The notes beneath the pieces are model-generated. The model ran no database searches. It was not told the DNA's origin and saw only the letters and a program-made list of their open reading frames with translations. A stretch of DNA of 63,698 nucleotides, filler included, from Reticulomyxa filosa (lineage: Eukaryota > Protista > Foraminifera), in assembly GCA_000512085.1 (NCBI GenBank). It is 20 parts of 20 records of this genome, joined end to end, with 100 filler letters (N's around TTAATTAATTAA, not from the genome) between each part and the next. Parts side by side here need not be neighbours in the genome. Positions count along the whole stretch, not along the records: positions 12,746 to 15,108 come from ASPP01021939.1; positions 15,209 to 18,094 come from ASPP01025566.1; positions 18,195 to 19,722 come from ASPP01028381.1; positions 19,823 to 21,088 come from ASPP01048115.1; positions 21,189 to 22,628 come from ASPP01024772.1; positions 22,729 to 27,384 come from ASPP01020254.1; 14 more parts are not named here. One strand, written 5' to 3'. This document shows, one piece after another, positions 12,746 through 24,645 of the stretch (its first letter is position 1; the number at the start of each line of letters is the position of its first letter). The position numbers and the translations under genes are program-made.

Positions 12746-14990
12746 TTCTTGCTTTTTGGTGTCTTAGATAACTCCTCCACCAGATTGGGTCACTTTTACA
12801 TGGGGCAATTCTCTTAATGTAATCGTTTGCTCGATCGCCGTCAATTGATATTTTATGACAACTTCCATGCTCTTTTCTTCCTCGCTTTCCACTTCCTAGT
12901 CAGTTTAATTGATGCAGCCGTCGCTACACTATAACTTTGACATCGTTTTCACTTGTTTTCTTTTTTCTTCTTCTTGTCGAGCTTGCTTTTATGTTTTGGC
13001 GGTACCAAGGTCTACATTATTTGTTATTGATCTGTGATAGTCTTGTCCCATTTTTCTAGTATCACCATATAATGAACGTTTTCTAACCACAAAATTCATT
13101 CAATCTCTTTGCTCTTGTAATGACAAACACACTTTGACCTTGGATAAAGGTTACTATTGGAAGTGCTCGCATCATCGCCATGTATCCCATTCGACAATGG
13201 TTGAATTGGCGATCCAATGGTTCTTTTCTTCATTATTGGATCTATTCTTTGTTGATCTTCTTTCTTCGTTTCTTTCGTGCGATGGTTGAATGATATTTTT
13301 GAGTACGCCAACGATCTCTATGTCTTTACAATTCAAAATTGATTATTCAAATCCTACTCAAACAAACAAAAATTATCAACACACACACTTTATTTTTTAC
13401 CAAGTGCTAGGGTAATGCGGCAAATACAAAGTATTGATTCTCATCCAACTCGTCTTCTGTAGTCCATAATCGAACAAGCGCCAATTATCTTTGCCAAATT
13501 GTCTCCTGGATCGATAAATACAAGGAACACGACTATCTCAGTGATAAAGTTAGAAAATGCAACCAGCTCTATCTTCACTTATCGTCAATGCTCAATGTCT
13601 CGCGAGCTCAAGCTTCAATTCCAATGTTGCGAATGTGCGCGCGCATAAAATTATCGTTTCTTGGTTCAAGTCGTTACCTGGAGAATGAAAATTTGATTGT
13701 TGTGAGAATGTCGTGTCCTGACAAAATGAACATTGCTGCACTTGTTCAGTATTTTTCCATTGAGTGAGAGACGCGGGAAGTTAGTCTACGCCCGTTAGTG
13801 GCGAATTTGCGCGTTTCCAAATATCCACCAAATTGAATCAACCACACGAAACGATTTTCCCATGTAGTTGTTTGCTCAAGCGCATTGTGGATTATTTTTT
13901 TTAACAACGCTCGCGCTCTGTTCTTTCTCGCCTTCCACTTCTTCTGTTAATCCAGTTGCTGTTGTCACTTTGCGCGATCTTCTTGTTTTTCTTCTTATCG
14001 AGCATGTTTTCATATTCTGCCGCAAGATCCAGATTGTCTGCAATTTATTTGAAAGAATCTGTCCACTATTTCTCCATATCGCTATGTTTTCAACGTATAG
14101 TCCAGCTGCTATTGTCGCCTTGTGATTATGGCATACTTTTGCCTTGTCGAATGAAGAGAATTTTCAATACACTCAACGTCTGGATTGTTGATCAAAGTAG
14201 GAAGGCAATATTCTTATTTTCTTCATTATTGGACTTATTCGTTGTTGTTATTCTTTGTCACTTTCTTGCGTGTCATAGCCCAACGGATGTTTAAGTATGC
14301 GAAAGGTTCTACGTGTTTCAAAATTCAAAAATCTTGTCGACTTGAGCACTTTGCAAACGAATACCAAAAAATCCACGTTTTTTCAAGTGCTGGGATAATA
14401 CAACGAAAAAAAATACTGCTTTCACCAAACAAGTTTCCCGTCTGTCCAGAATCGATCCCGAGAAAATTTACAAAGGTAATTGGTGCTTATTTGATAAACG
14501 AACGGCGCTCAACTTTTGCGGCGATAATCACACTAATGCTAAGTGTCTCTCTCGAGCTCACGCTTCTACACATCAGCACACTCACGACGAAATTTAAATT
14601 TGCGCACACGCGCACGTATACTATCAGTTTGGATATGTTCGACCAGTCTCATCGCATCGATTATTGCGTCCAAAAGTTTGTGCATATTCCACAACAATTT
14701 AGTTCCACTTTTTATCAGCGCTCTTTGGTTCTTTGGCTCTACCTACGATGATCACCAACAAACTCTTTTGCAACTAATTTATGCACAAGCTTTCAATGTC
14801 TCTGATGCCACGCCATTCTAGTTCATCATTTCCACTTTGATGCGCTATTTGAAGTTAGTCCATGTCTGTAAGCGCAAAGTCGCTACTCGTGTGAAAGCGA
14901 TTCCAACCAAATTCCACAAAACTTTTTTTTCAAAACAAATCCAGCGCGGCAGTCTCTGGATCCAATCTTTGCTATTGTTGTTGCCGCTCT
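12746..14990 (-). repeat. Decayed tandem ~1.1-kb unit array, probably former coding sequence
   Basis: 13220-13650 is visibly similar to 14210-14620. 12746-13365 matches the reverse complement of 27485-28081. All frames are interrupted. Confidence 0.7.
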
Positions 14991-15208
14991 TCTTCTTCTT
15001 TTTTTTTATCTTCTTTTTTCTTTTTTTTTCTTCTTTTTTTTTATCTTTCTTTTTTCTTTTTTTTTCTTCTTTTCTTTTTTTCTCTTTTTCCTTTTTTTTT
15101 TTCTCCTTNNNNNNNNNNNNNNNNNNNNNNNNNNNNNNNNNNNNNNNNNNNNTTAATTAATTAANNNNNNNNNNNNNNNNNNNNNNNNNNNNNNNNNNNN
15201 NNNNNNNN

Positions 15209-15459
15209 TGCACTGCCACTCCTTCTCCACCACTCTCGTGTCTGCGTACACTTGTTGTTGTTGTGGGCGTTTGTACAGATGCTTCTGTCGTCTCTTTGCT
15301 CTCTACTTTCACGTCTGCACTTTTCATCTTTTCTGTTGCCATGTTGCATTTTCCATTATCACTTAATTTGCATATTGGCTTGGCTTCATAGCCTTGATTT
15401 GCCATTTGCCCGATTGATTCCCAAGTTTTGCTATCCAAAGCATTATCGTTCTTTGTCAT
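15209..15459 (-). CDS. 5' fragment of a hypothetical protein
   Basis: Open frame MTKNDNALDSKTW... runs off the contig end. No family recognised. Confidence 0.35.
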
Positions 15460-18194
15460 AGTTTTTTTATTTAGGGTCAAAACAATTCTGTCTACTACAC
15501 ATTGCCGTTTTCAAATTAGTATTTGATTATCAAGAAATAATTCTATTTGGTTAAGCAATTTATGTTATTACATAGTTATTTGACACCAAAAAGATAAAAA
15601 ATAATAGCAGTTTTTTGTTGATCATATGTTATTTTGATAGACTATGCAATGACGTGTGAGTTCTCTTTTTGATGAACTAATTGTATCCTGTTTGCTTTAA
15701 AAGATAAACTCCACAAAGAGTAAAAAAAAAATTGAACTGCGCTCCCCTTGTAACACGTTTTTCAATTTATTATTTGATACCTGTTTGATTTGATAAAATC
15801 GATCGATAATTTAATAACGGAATTATAACGTCATTATTTAATAAAAAAATCCTTTTTATTTACTTGAAGAAAACCCTTCATACAAATGATCAGATTCAAT
15901 CATAGAATATATCAGCTATTTTTTGCAAAAAATGATAAACGAGAATATTCCATAATCAAATGTGATTATGATTTATTTTTTTTACATTGTGGGTCATTTT
16001 TTATTTTTTTTGAACCTGTTTCCAAAAAAATGAACCAGTTTTTATTTGACAAGGGGGAACGTAGTTCCATTTTTTAATTTTTTTTATTTGTCATTATCGC
16101 AGTTTGTTAAAACTTTGGTTAATTAGAATCAAACATTTCATTTTTAGATATTGATGAAGTTTCTTTGCTTCGATATAACGGAAATAAGGTCAAAATCTTA
16201 CTTTTATTTCAACACAAAATGAAAAAGAAATTATATCGAAAACATTTGATAGTGCTTATCAGACGATGTTAGAGAGTCACTTTTTTGTTTATTATCTACA
16301 AGTGACTAGCATTACAAGACACAAACCCTTCTTGTTTATGGCATTAAAAATGTTTGTATATGGTCGTTTTTTCAATGCGAAAATAAATGATCCTTTGATT
16401 TGAAGCAACACATCTTTTCGTGTAGACTGCAACAGACTAAGCTTTCTTGCTCACCACTTTCCAAATTGTAGGTTGCACATATTATATGCCAATTTTTTGG
16501 TGTTGTCTTATACTGATGGTATTGTTACAACGAAAGTTCTTTACTAATGACTCATCAACGAAGTGCCATTAAATGTACAACCTAATTTCTCATTAAATGA
16601 TAAGTCATTTACAAATGACTTGAGATTTGTTTGACATGTTTTTGGATTGGATCTTCGTCGCTGACAATTGAGAAAATATGTACATTTGGCAGATTTTGAA
16701 AAAATGATAATAGTGCGTCTTCACATAGTTGCTTCAATGAGATGACTATATTTTCAATAGATATTAATCAAATCCAAACGCTATTCGTCGTCAAAATATT
16801 TACTCGCAGCACCCAAAACAAAATGCTGCTTCCAACAAATTTTTTTTATTCACTGCAAAACGAATAGAAAAACTTTGATTTTTCTATCTATTCACAGTCA
16901 TGAATTATTTTTGATGGGCTACAATAGTACTGTACAAGTATGGTTCTGCTGCAGTTGGAAATTAAGTGAGCGTGCTATGAATAGCGGTGACAAGCAAAAA
17001 TATGCATTTATTTTGATCACGTTAATGCAATTTATCTTTTTTATTGAGGTACGTATATACAATAAAGAATCATTATTGTGACTGTTGACTCAATTGCTCA
17101 TTTATAAAGTAAAGCGAAATGGTATAGAGCGTTTTTACAGAAAAAGGCATTGTAATCTTGTGTCACTTGTTTCAAATTAGTTTGTTTTTTTTTCCGTCAT
17201 TCATAACACATTCACAGAAAAAAGAAAAACCTTCACACGACAAGTTATTACATCTTTGTATTGATAAGGAAATTATTGCCCAATTGTTTGCAGAACAAAT
17301 ATTCACGAGATGCAAAGTCTTTTCTGATATACGTTGAATTGCTGTCGTTGCAAACGCAATTAACTTGACAAAAGTGTCTGGCTAATTAAGAAACTTTGAA
17401 TATGTCCGTGCCGTTCAAAAGTATGCATGCATCAAATCTGACCAAAATAAAATTAAAATTGCCTTAACTGGTGCTAGACGTCGGTGTATCTTTTCACATT
17501 TTCTATTTGCTTTGTCTGTCTCGAAAAAGTAGCAACGAAGCACATTATCATATTTTGCGACAAAATTGTATGTTTTTTCTGTTTTGATATTGATATTGAA
17601 GGTCATTCTGTTGAATGTACGCTTATTTGATCTTTTAGGCTATCATAATTTTTTTTGTTTCACTGGACTTTAATGATTGGAAGGACACAAGCTTTGCGTA
17701 TCAATGATGCCAAACTGCACTCCACTTGTAACACATTTTTTAAATTTTTTTTACAATTTCGATTTGATAAATAGACAAAAAACGAAACAGCTAGACCACG
17801 AAATTATTATTATTAGAAGTATTATTTTATTTATTTGAAAAAACTGGATGTTGTGCGACATTAGCTCTGTTGATTGGATAATGTTTGATATGATTGTCCC
17901 CTGGACGCATAAAAAAAAAATGGAAAACTTGTTTTGTATCTTTTGTAAAAAAAATAAGTGTAATCATTAAAACAAAATAACCATCCATTCATTTAAAAGT
18001 TTTTGTGCTAACTTTTTGTTCTCTTACTTCTGTTCTGACACAAATTTTCCAACATGATCAATGAATTCGACTCCATGTTAGCCATTTGTCCTATNNNNNN
18101 NNNNNNNNNNNNNNNNNNNNNNNNNNNNNNNNNNNNNNTTAATTAATTAANNNNNNNNNNNNNNNNNNNNNNNNNNNNNNNNNNNNNNNNNNNN

Positions 18195-19722
18195 TTCTCT
18201 TGTGATATGCAATCACAAAAAGATACATGGCAAGAATTATTAACAGAATCATGGAAAGAGTGGTTTGTCGAGGATGATTTTAAAGAATCATCTCCTGATC
18301 AGTGTTATCATCGTAAGATATTGTGGATGTTGAGATATTTGCAATTTGAGACATTGCCCGATGTAATGAAGGAAGAAGTACATTTGAAATCAAATCTTTT
18401 TTTATTAGACAACGAGTGTTGGAATGATCAAGATCGACATGATTGCATCGAATACATCAATGCCACTTGCACAGGATTGTCTGCATGGGAGTGGTTCTTT
18501 TCGTTGATCATTAAGATTCCATTGGAAGATGCAAATGATATTGAAGAAATTTTAGTCCAAGAAAGCAATTTTGACGATAACTATGAAGAAGACGAAAAAA
18601 AAATAGAGTCTCTGTCATTTCAAATGGACGACAAAACTGATGAGTTATTGGCAAAGCAATTCGATTATTTAAAATACGAGCTGAAATATTGCATCGCATG
18701 TATCCCTTGGAAAGATTTGATGGACAAGCAAATAAAAAGCCTTGAACAGTTGCGCAATTTCATAAAAAAGACGTTTGGAAATTTGTACGACATAACAAAA
18801 AAAAATGAACTCAATTATTCGTTGTATCAGTTTATCAAAACAGATCGCAATGAGGAAGAGATAAAATCATATTATGGTCCATTCATGAATCTGCAGTTAT
18901 GGACATCTGCACTTGAAGAATTTGATCAGTTTGAAATCCTTCAACAAAATTTTTTGACAGTGTCAAAAGCATATAACATGAACCTTTCGTATGAAACGGA
19001 AATCTTTTACCATGGTTTGAAAAAATGGGAATATTGCACTTTGGCAAATATATACAAAGCAAACGGTCAAATCTTGCAATTATTAAAACGCTTTGCAAAG
19101 GAGTTACAGCTTATGGTGGACCGAAAGGATAGCATAATATTCCACAATCTGTGGAATGAATACGTGAAAGAATCTGAATCAGCAGTAACACAAAACTCAA
19201 TGCTCGCAGGATATCCTCACAAGATGTCTAAACGCAAATCGAGCATCTACAAAGATATCGTTGAACACGTCTCCTTTGAAGCATATATGAACGTATTTGA
19301 GAGTGCGAATCAAACATGGGAGCATTTATCCAAAGTTATCTATTTTTTTTTTTTTTTTTTGAATTATCACACAACAAAAAATTATTTTTTATACATTTTT
19401 TTTTTTTTATAAAAAAAATCAAAGGCGATCAAAGACAATACATTACAATTTGCTGATATGAGATGGTTTGAAAATGTAAATTGGAAATTGGAAATGGACA
19501 TATTGATACCAGAAATGAAAGAAGAGAAAGTTGATAAAGTACTGCAAAGTAAAATTGAGCAAACAGAAAAAGCGAGCCGATTGGAAGCAGCAAATAAAGG
19601 TTGGACAGCATTGAAACAAGCGACACAAACAATTCAAAAAAATCACAAAGAGAAATCCAACATTAAGCAGGATAGGACATGGCAAGACTTTGAAGAAAAG
19701 TTGGCAGCAATTAATGAAATGC
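18195..19722 (+). CDS. Internal fragment of a large helical protein, possibly the stalk region of an RNF213-like protein
   Basis: Continuous coding with one intron at about 19335-19423. The segment SIIFHNLW...WEHLSKAIKDNTLQFADMRWF...EMDIL recalls the RNF213 pre-AAA region (from memory, weak). Confidence 0.45.
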
Positions 19723-19877
19723 NNNNNNNNNNNNNNNNNNNNNNNNNNNNNNNNNNNNNNNNNNNNTTAATTAATTAANNNNNNNNNNNNNNNNNNNNNN
19801 NNNNNNNNNNNNNNNNNNNNNNTTTTTATTTTTATTTTTATTCAAATTATTTTTTTATTTTCAATGAAACAAATAAA

Positions 19878-21088
19878 TCAAACCTGATCAATCTTTTTTA
19901 ATTTTGATTTTACATCTTGTGTATTCTGATGTTGGTTACCGAATATTTGAGTAAAAATAATTACTGCATCTTCATAATACTTTTTTGCTTTGCTTTTATC
20001 TCCATTTATAAAATAGACATCTCCTAAAAGAACATAAGTTTCACCAATATGTGGATGATTAGAATCTAATTTTTTTAATCTCAAGCTCAATGCCTTTTGT
20101 CCAAATTCAATTGATTTGTCCAATTCATTCTTATTTTTAAATGCACTTGCCAAATAATGAAAAGACAGAGCAATAATAGGATGCTCAACATGATGCTTCT
20201 TTAATCTGATTGTCAACGATTTTTCAAAATGTTCAATTGCCTCATCATTTTTTTCTTCTTTTTCCAATGCTAATCCCAACGCATCATATGAATTTGCAAT
20301 ATTCAAATCAAAACTTTCTTTTTTACTGTTTACAAAAATTTTCAAAGCTTTTTCAGCATATTCTTTGCCTTTATCCGTTTGTCCTTTTCCTTTTATCCAC
20401 ACCAATCCTAATTGATTGTAGCATTTTGCGGCAGAACTATCATGTTCTCCAAACTTCTTCAAAAGAATTTTTAAAGCTTTCTCACATTCTTCAATCGATC
20501 TTTTATATTCTCCTTTTTCAAAATATACTCTCCCAAAATTGCGGAATGCGGCTGCGACAATGTCACGCTTATCATCTAATTTACTTAATCTTATTTCCAG
20601 TGGTTTTCCATAGTATTCAATCGCTTTGCCATAGTCCCCTTTATCACAATAAGCATCACCCAAATCATTATATAAATCATACTAGAAATGCCATCACCAG
20701 ATTTATTTAAGTATATATTTAACGCTTTTTCATAAAACTCAATTACTCTGCTAAATTCTCCTTTACAATTATAATCACAACTCAAATAGTGGTATGAGTA
20801 TTCAACGTCAATGTGATCTTTGCCTAATTTATCTAATCTTATTTTCAAGGCTTTTTCGTGGAATGTAATTGCTATGTCGTATTCGCCTTTTTTATTATAA
20901 GCCAATCCCAAATTGTTGTATAAAAGAGCAACATCAATATTATCTTCACCTTGTTTATCTAATCTTATTTTTAGTGCTTTTTTGTAGTATTCAATAGCGA
21001 TGTCATATTCATTTTTTGTTATCATAAGCAACTCCCAAACTCGTTGGATGAATGGGCAACATCAATGTGATCTTCGCCTAATTTATCT
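19878..21088 (-). pseudogene. TPR-repeat protein (42-aa, kinesin-light-chain-like repeats), frameshifted
   Basis: Repeats of the form YNNLGLAYNKKGEYDIAITFHEKALKIRLDKLGKDHIDV. Frameshifts near 20680 and 21010-21045. Could be sequencing error rather than true decay. Confidence 0.8.
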
Positions 21089-21987
21089 NNNNNNNNNNNN
21101 NNNNNNNNNNNNNNNNNNNNNNNNNNNNNNNNTTAATTAATTAANNNNNNNNNNNNNNNNNNNNNNNNNNNNNNNNNNNNNNNNNNNNGAATCTATTTTA
21201 TTTTTATAGCTTTGTGATTTATAAAATGAAAAAGAAATTATGCCCTAATAAATGTACCAATTTTTCCTTTTGGAGATAAAGTTTTTTATTTTAGAAGAGT
21301 TTACTTTTCTGGACATTTCTTACTCAGTTCAGTTTTGGTTGCTTTATTTAAGAAAATAAATGCGAAATAAGAGACTTTACATGCATATAATATCAGTTTT
21401 TGTGCTATTTAAATTCCTTTCAAAACACATATTTCAGCTCTCAAGTGACTTCAAAAGTTCGTCACTCATGTACAATTTTATAAAACAAAAAACAGGGAAG
21501 AAAGTACTTGATAATTAAATACATGGAATTTGTGATTATTTTTGAGAAATCAAAGTTATAGAAGTAATACAAATGGATACATTCTATAGAAAAATAAAAC
21601 TATCCTGAATATGAACTGGACCATTGCCTGAAAAAGAAACTTATGATTTTATTTCATTTTAAATATTTTAGTCAAATGCTGATACAAAACGAGTAAAATA
21701 AAAGTACACTTGTCAATAATACATAAAAAAAAGCACAACCCAATAAAAGCAAACTAACAAAATAATAATAAAACAAACCCAAACCAATATCTATAAAAAA
21801 AATCATTAAGTATAATATAGCACTTTAAAAAAGACAGGAAGTTTCAAATGTAATAGCATAACGCGGTTTTCTGTGGTTCTAAAAAATTACTTAATATTTT
21901 GAGAACCCTTTAAATTTGATATTGATATTGATAATTGATAAAAAAATAACCTTGTTTCTCTTCTATCAAGCAAAACAAGTTTAGAGA

Positions 21988-22628
21988 ATGACTACTCCTC
22001 TTACTGAAGCACAGATATCAACGCAATCACCTCTGGTAAGCTTCGTTTAAACCTTTAAAAACTCCACTCGCTTTTTAGCGATAATTGTATAATTTGTAAT
22101 TGAATCAGCTCAAAGAAGAAATCCAAATCGTTATTCAGCATTGGATTCGGACATTAAAGATTAAATTAGGATGGATTTATGATTTTGATAAACTTGTTGT
22201 TGATTATGTTATGTTCTTTTGTTTTGTTTTTTTAAAATTAAAATAAACAGTTTAAATGTTTATCTATAATGCAGGCCATAAATTTTTTCATATTTGATAT
22301 CTTTTGTTCCTCATCGCAGTTACTTAAAACATTCACTGGACATAATTCTTTTGTATACAGTATTGATTACTTTGCATTTGATGATGGTCAATTTATTTGT
22401 TCTGGATCATCTGATAAAACAGTTCGCATATGGGATATTGAGAACAACAAACAAATTCAATCATTCAAAGGGCATTCAGGTGAAGTATATTGTGTACAAT
22501 TTTCACCATATCATTATCGTAACCATCGTCAAAATATCATTTGTTCTTCATCAGATGACAAAACAATTCGTTTTTGGGATATCAAACATAATCAACAATT
22601 TGACATATTCAATGGACACACTAATGGT
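21988..22628 (+). CDS. WD40-repeat protein, 5' part (exons 21988-22035, 22109-22207, 22275 to contig end)
   Basis: Phase-0 GT-AG introns. GH...WD repeats such as FTGHNSFVYSIDY...ICSGSSDKTVRIWD. Confidence 0.9.
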
Positions 22629-22732
22629 NNNNNNNNNNNNNNNNNNNNNNNNNNNNNNNNNNNNNNNNNNNNTTAATTAATTAANNNNNNNNNNNNNNNN
22701 NNNNNNNNNNNNNNNNNNNNNNNNNNNNCGTT

Positions 22733-22776
<44 letters not shown>

Positions 22777-22856
22777 CCCCTTTGGCAATGTGATTTTATA
22801 ACATGATACACATAAATATATACGTATACGCATATTTGTTTATTTATGTTACATTG

Positions 22857-23744
22857 CTAAAAATGACGTGAGCTTCACTTGGGTCATTGTCAATGGGTTT
22901 ACCCAGCTGCTTTCTTTGCAGTTGCATATTTCGGATGAAATTCAGTATCTTGTGTTCACCCTCGCCGGGCGTGCTGCTGTCACTTAAGATCACGCTGAAG
23001 CGGGGCTGCAAGATGTTGCGAATATGTCTCGACAGCTCTGTCGCCAGTTTCTGCATAAATGCTGTGCCCGGCGTTATCACATTCGAATCCCAGTTTTTTT
23101 CTTCTTCTTCTTCTTCGTGTTGTTTCTTATTGCTTTCCTCTTTTATTCGTTTTACTTCCTTTTTTTTTTTTTTTGAAAAAGGGGGTGAACAATTTGATAA
23201 AAAAAAAAAAAAAAAAAAAAAGACTAAACTTCACGTTCCATGACGGTGCAAAATCTTCGCTCGCGTTGCTGCATCATTTTTGCTCGGGGAGGGGGCCCAT
23301 CTTTAACATGTGTTTATATCAGTTTGGAGTTGGTTCACTTTTTTACTTGTGTTGTTTAGCGACTTACACATATGATGTGTAACATCTTGTTTTTTTCATG
23401 TATGTGTATGAATCAAAATTGAATGCTAACCGATTGCTATGAATAACACATGTTGCGGGTGGATAAAGTGCAATAACATCTCAATGAATCTTTTCATAAA
23501 ACTTAGCATATGTGCTTCATTTCTTGGTATTTCCTTTTTTTTATTTTGTTTTTATTTTCTTTTTCGTTCACTAATTCCCCTTTTTTTTTTCAAAGACCTT
23601 GGTTTCTGGGTGACAACACGGGTGTATTATTCCATTCATGTCCAAGTAAAAGTAACCACATTCAAATGGATCGTTAGTACTGAGACGTTGTAAAATTTTG
23701 GGATATTTGAATGCTAACCATGTGAAAAATGCTGGTACTCCCAT
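22857..23744 (-). CDS. XRN-family 5'-3' exoribonuclease, N-terminal catalytic region (truncated by contig end)
   Basis: [59 protein letters not shown] and [13 protein letters not shown], spread over four exons. Confidence 0.92.
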
Positions 23745-24645
23745 AGCCTTTGTTAGCTAGATGCAAAAAATGTTGAAATTACCCTTTTTTAAACTACAAA
23801 ACTATTTTTTCAAAACAGCAAAAAGCCGCGTTTATTTTTACGTTTCAAATATCAAATTGGTAATTGAATTTTTATTTCATACTTTTTACTGGTGGAAGTA
23901 TGACATCGGCCGTTCTTCCTTCACACGAATTAAAACTTGTATGAAAACAAACGCTATACGTTATGAAAAAAAACAATTTATTTGACTTTCACAAGTACAA
24001 TTTGCATAAATTAACTTATTTTAAGCCGACTACACGCAAACTGACAATAAGTGGATTTTTTACAACATGAATCTGAAGAAAGTTTCAGTAATATAGAAGA
24101 TTAGCAGTAGCGGATATGTGTTCTAAATAATGAAATAACATTATTTACATTGAGGCATGGGGATATAACTCTGAGAAAATTATTTTAAGTGTTGTAAGGA
24201 CAAACTGTCACCGAGGATCAATGTAATACGAAAATGTACTAGTTCAAGCAATTTCAAAAATCAAAATAAATAAAATAAAATGACAAAATACACAAAGAAA
24301 AGAAGCGAGTTTTTGTGGAAAAAAGTTTTCTAGGTTGAGTGAGTTTCCAAGGGTTTGCCCTGCAGTATTGTGAATTGTGTATGTTTACCTTGTTGTGATA
24401 GAACCAGCATATTATCTGAACCATCAAACAATAAGTTCATTTTTGGAACAAATAATCATGGATCAAAAGAAACAAAAAAGATAACGAAATATTGCGATGT
24501 GAATGTCCTATTTAAAAGAAAAAGAATAAAAAAATGCAAATCGATGTTGAGGATAATTTTTGTTTTTACTTTCATGATATTCTGAATGTTTGGTTTGTTC
24601 TAAAAAAAAAAAATTATTTTTTAAAAACATTGGAAAAGATGCCAG

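Noticed and set aside
12746-14990. Non-LTR retrotransposon or DNA transposon identity for the repeat family
   Set aside because: A Cys pattern briefly suggested a zinc knuckle, but I found no RT (YADD), endonuclease, RNase H or DDE motif and no terminal repeats.
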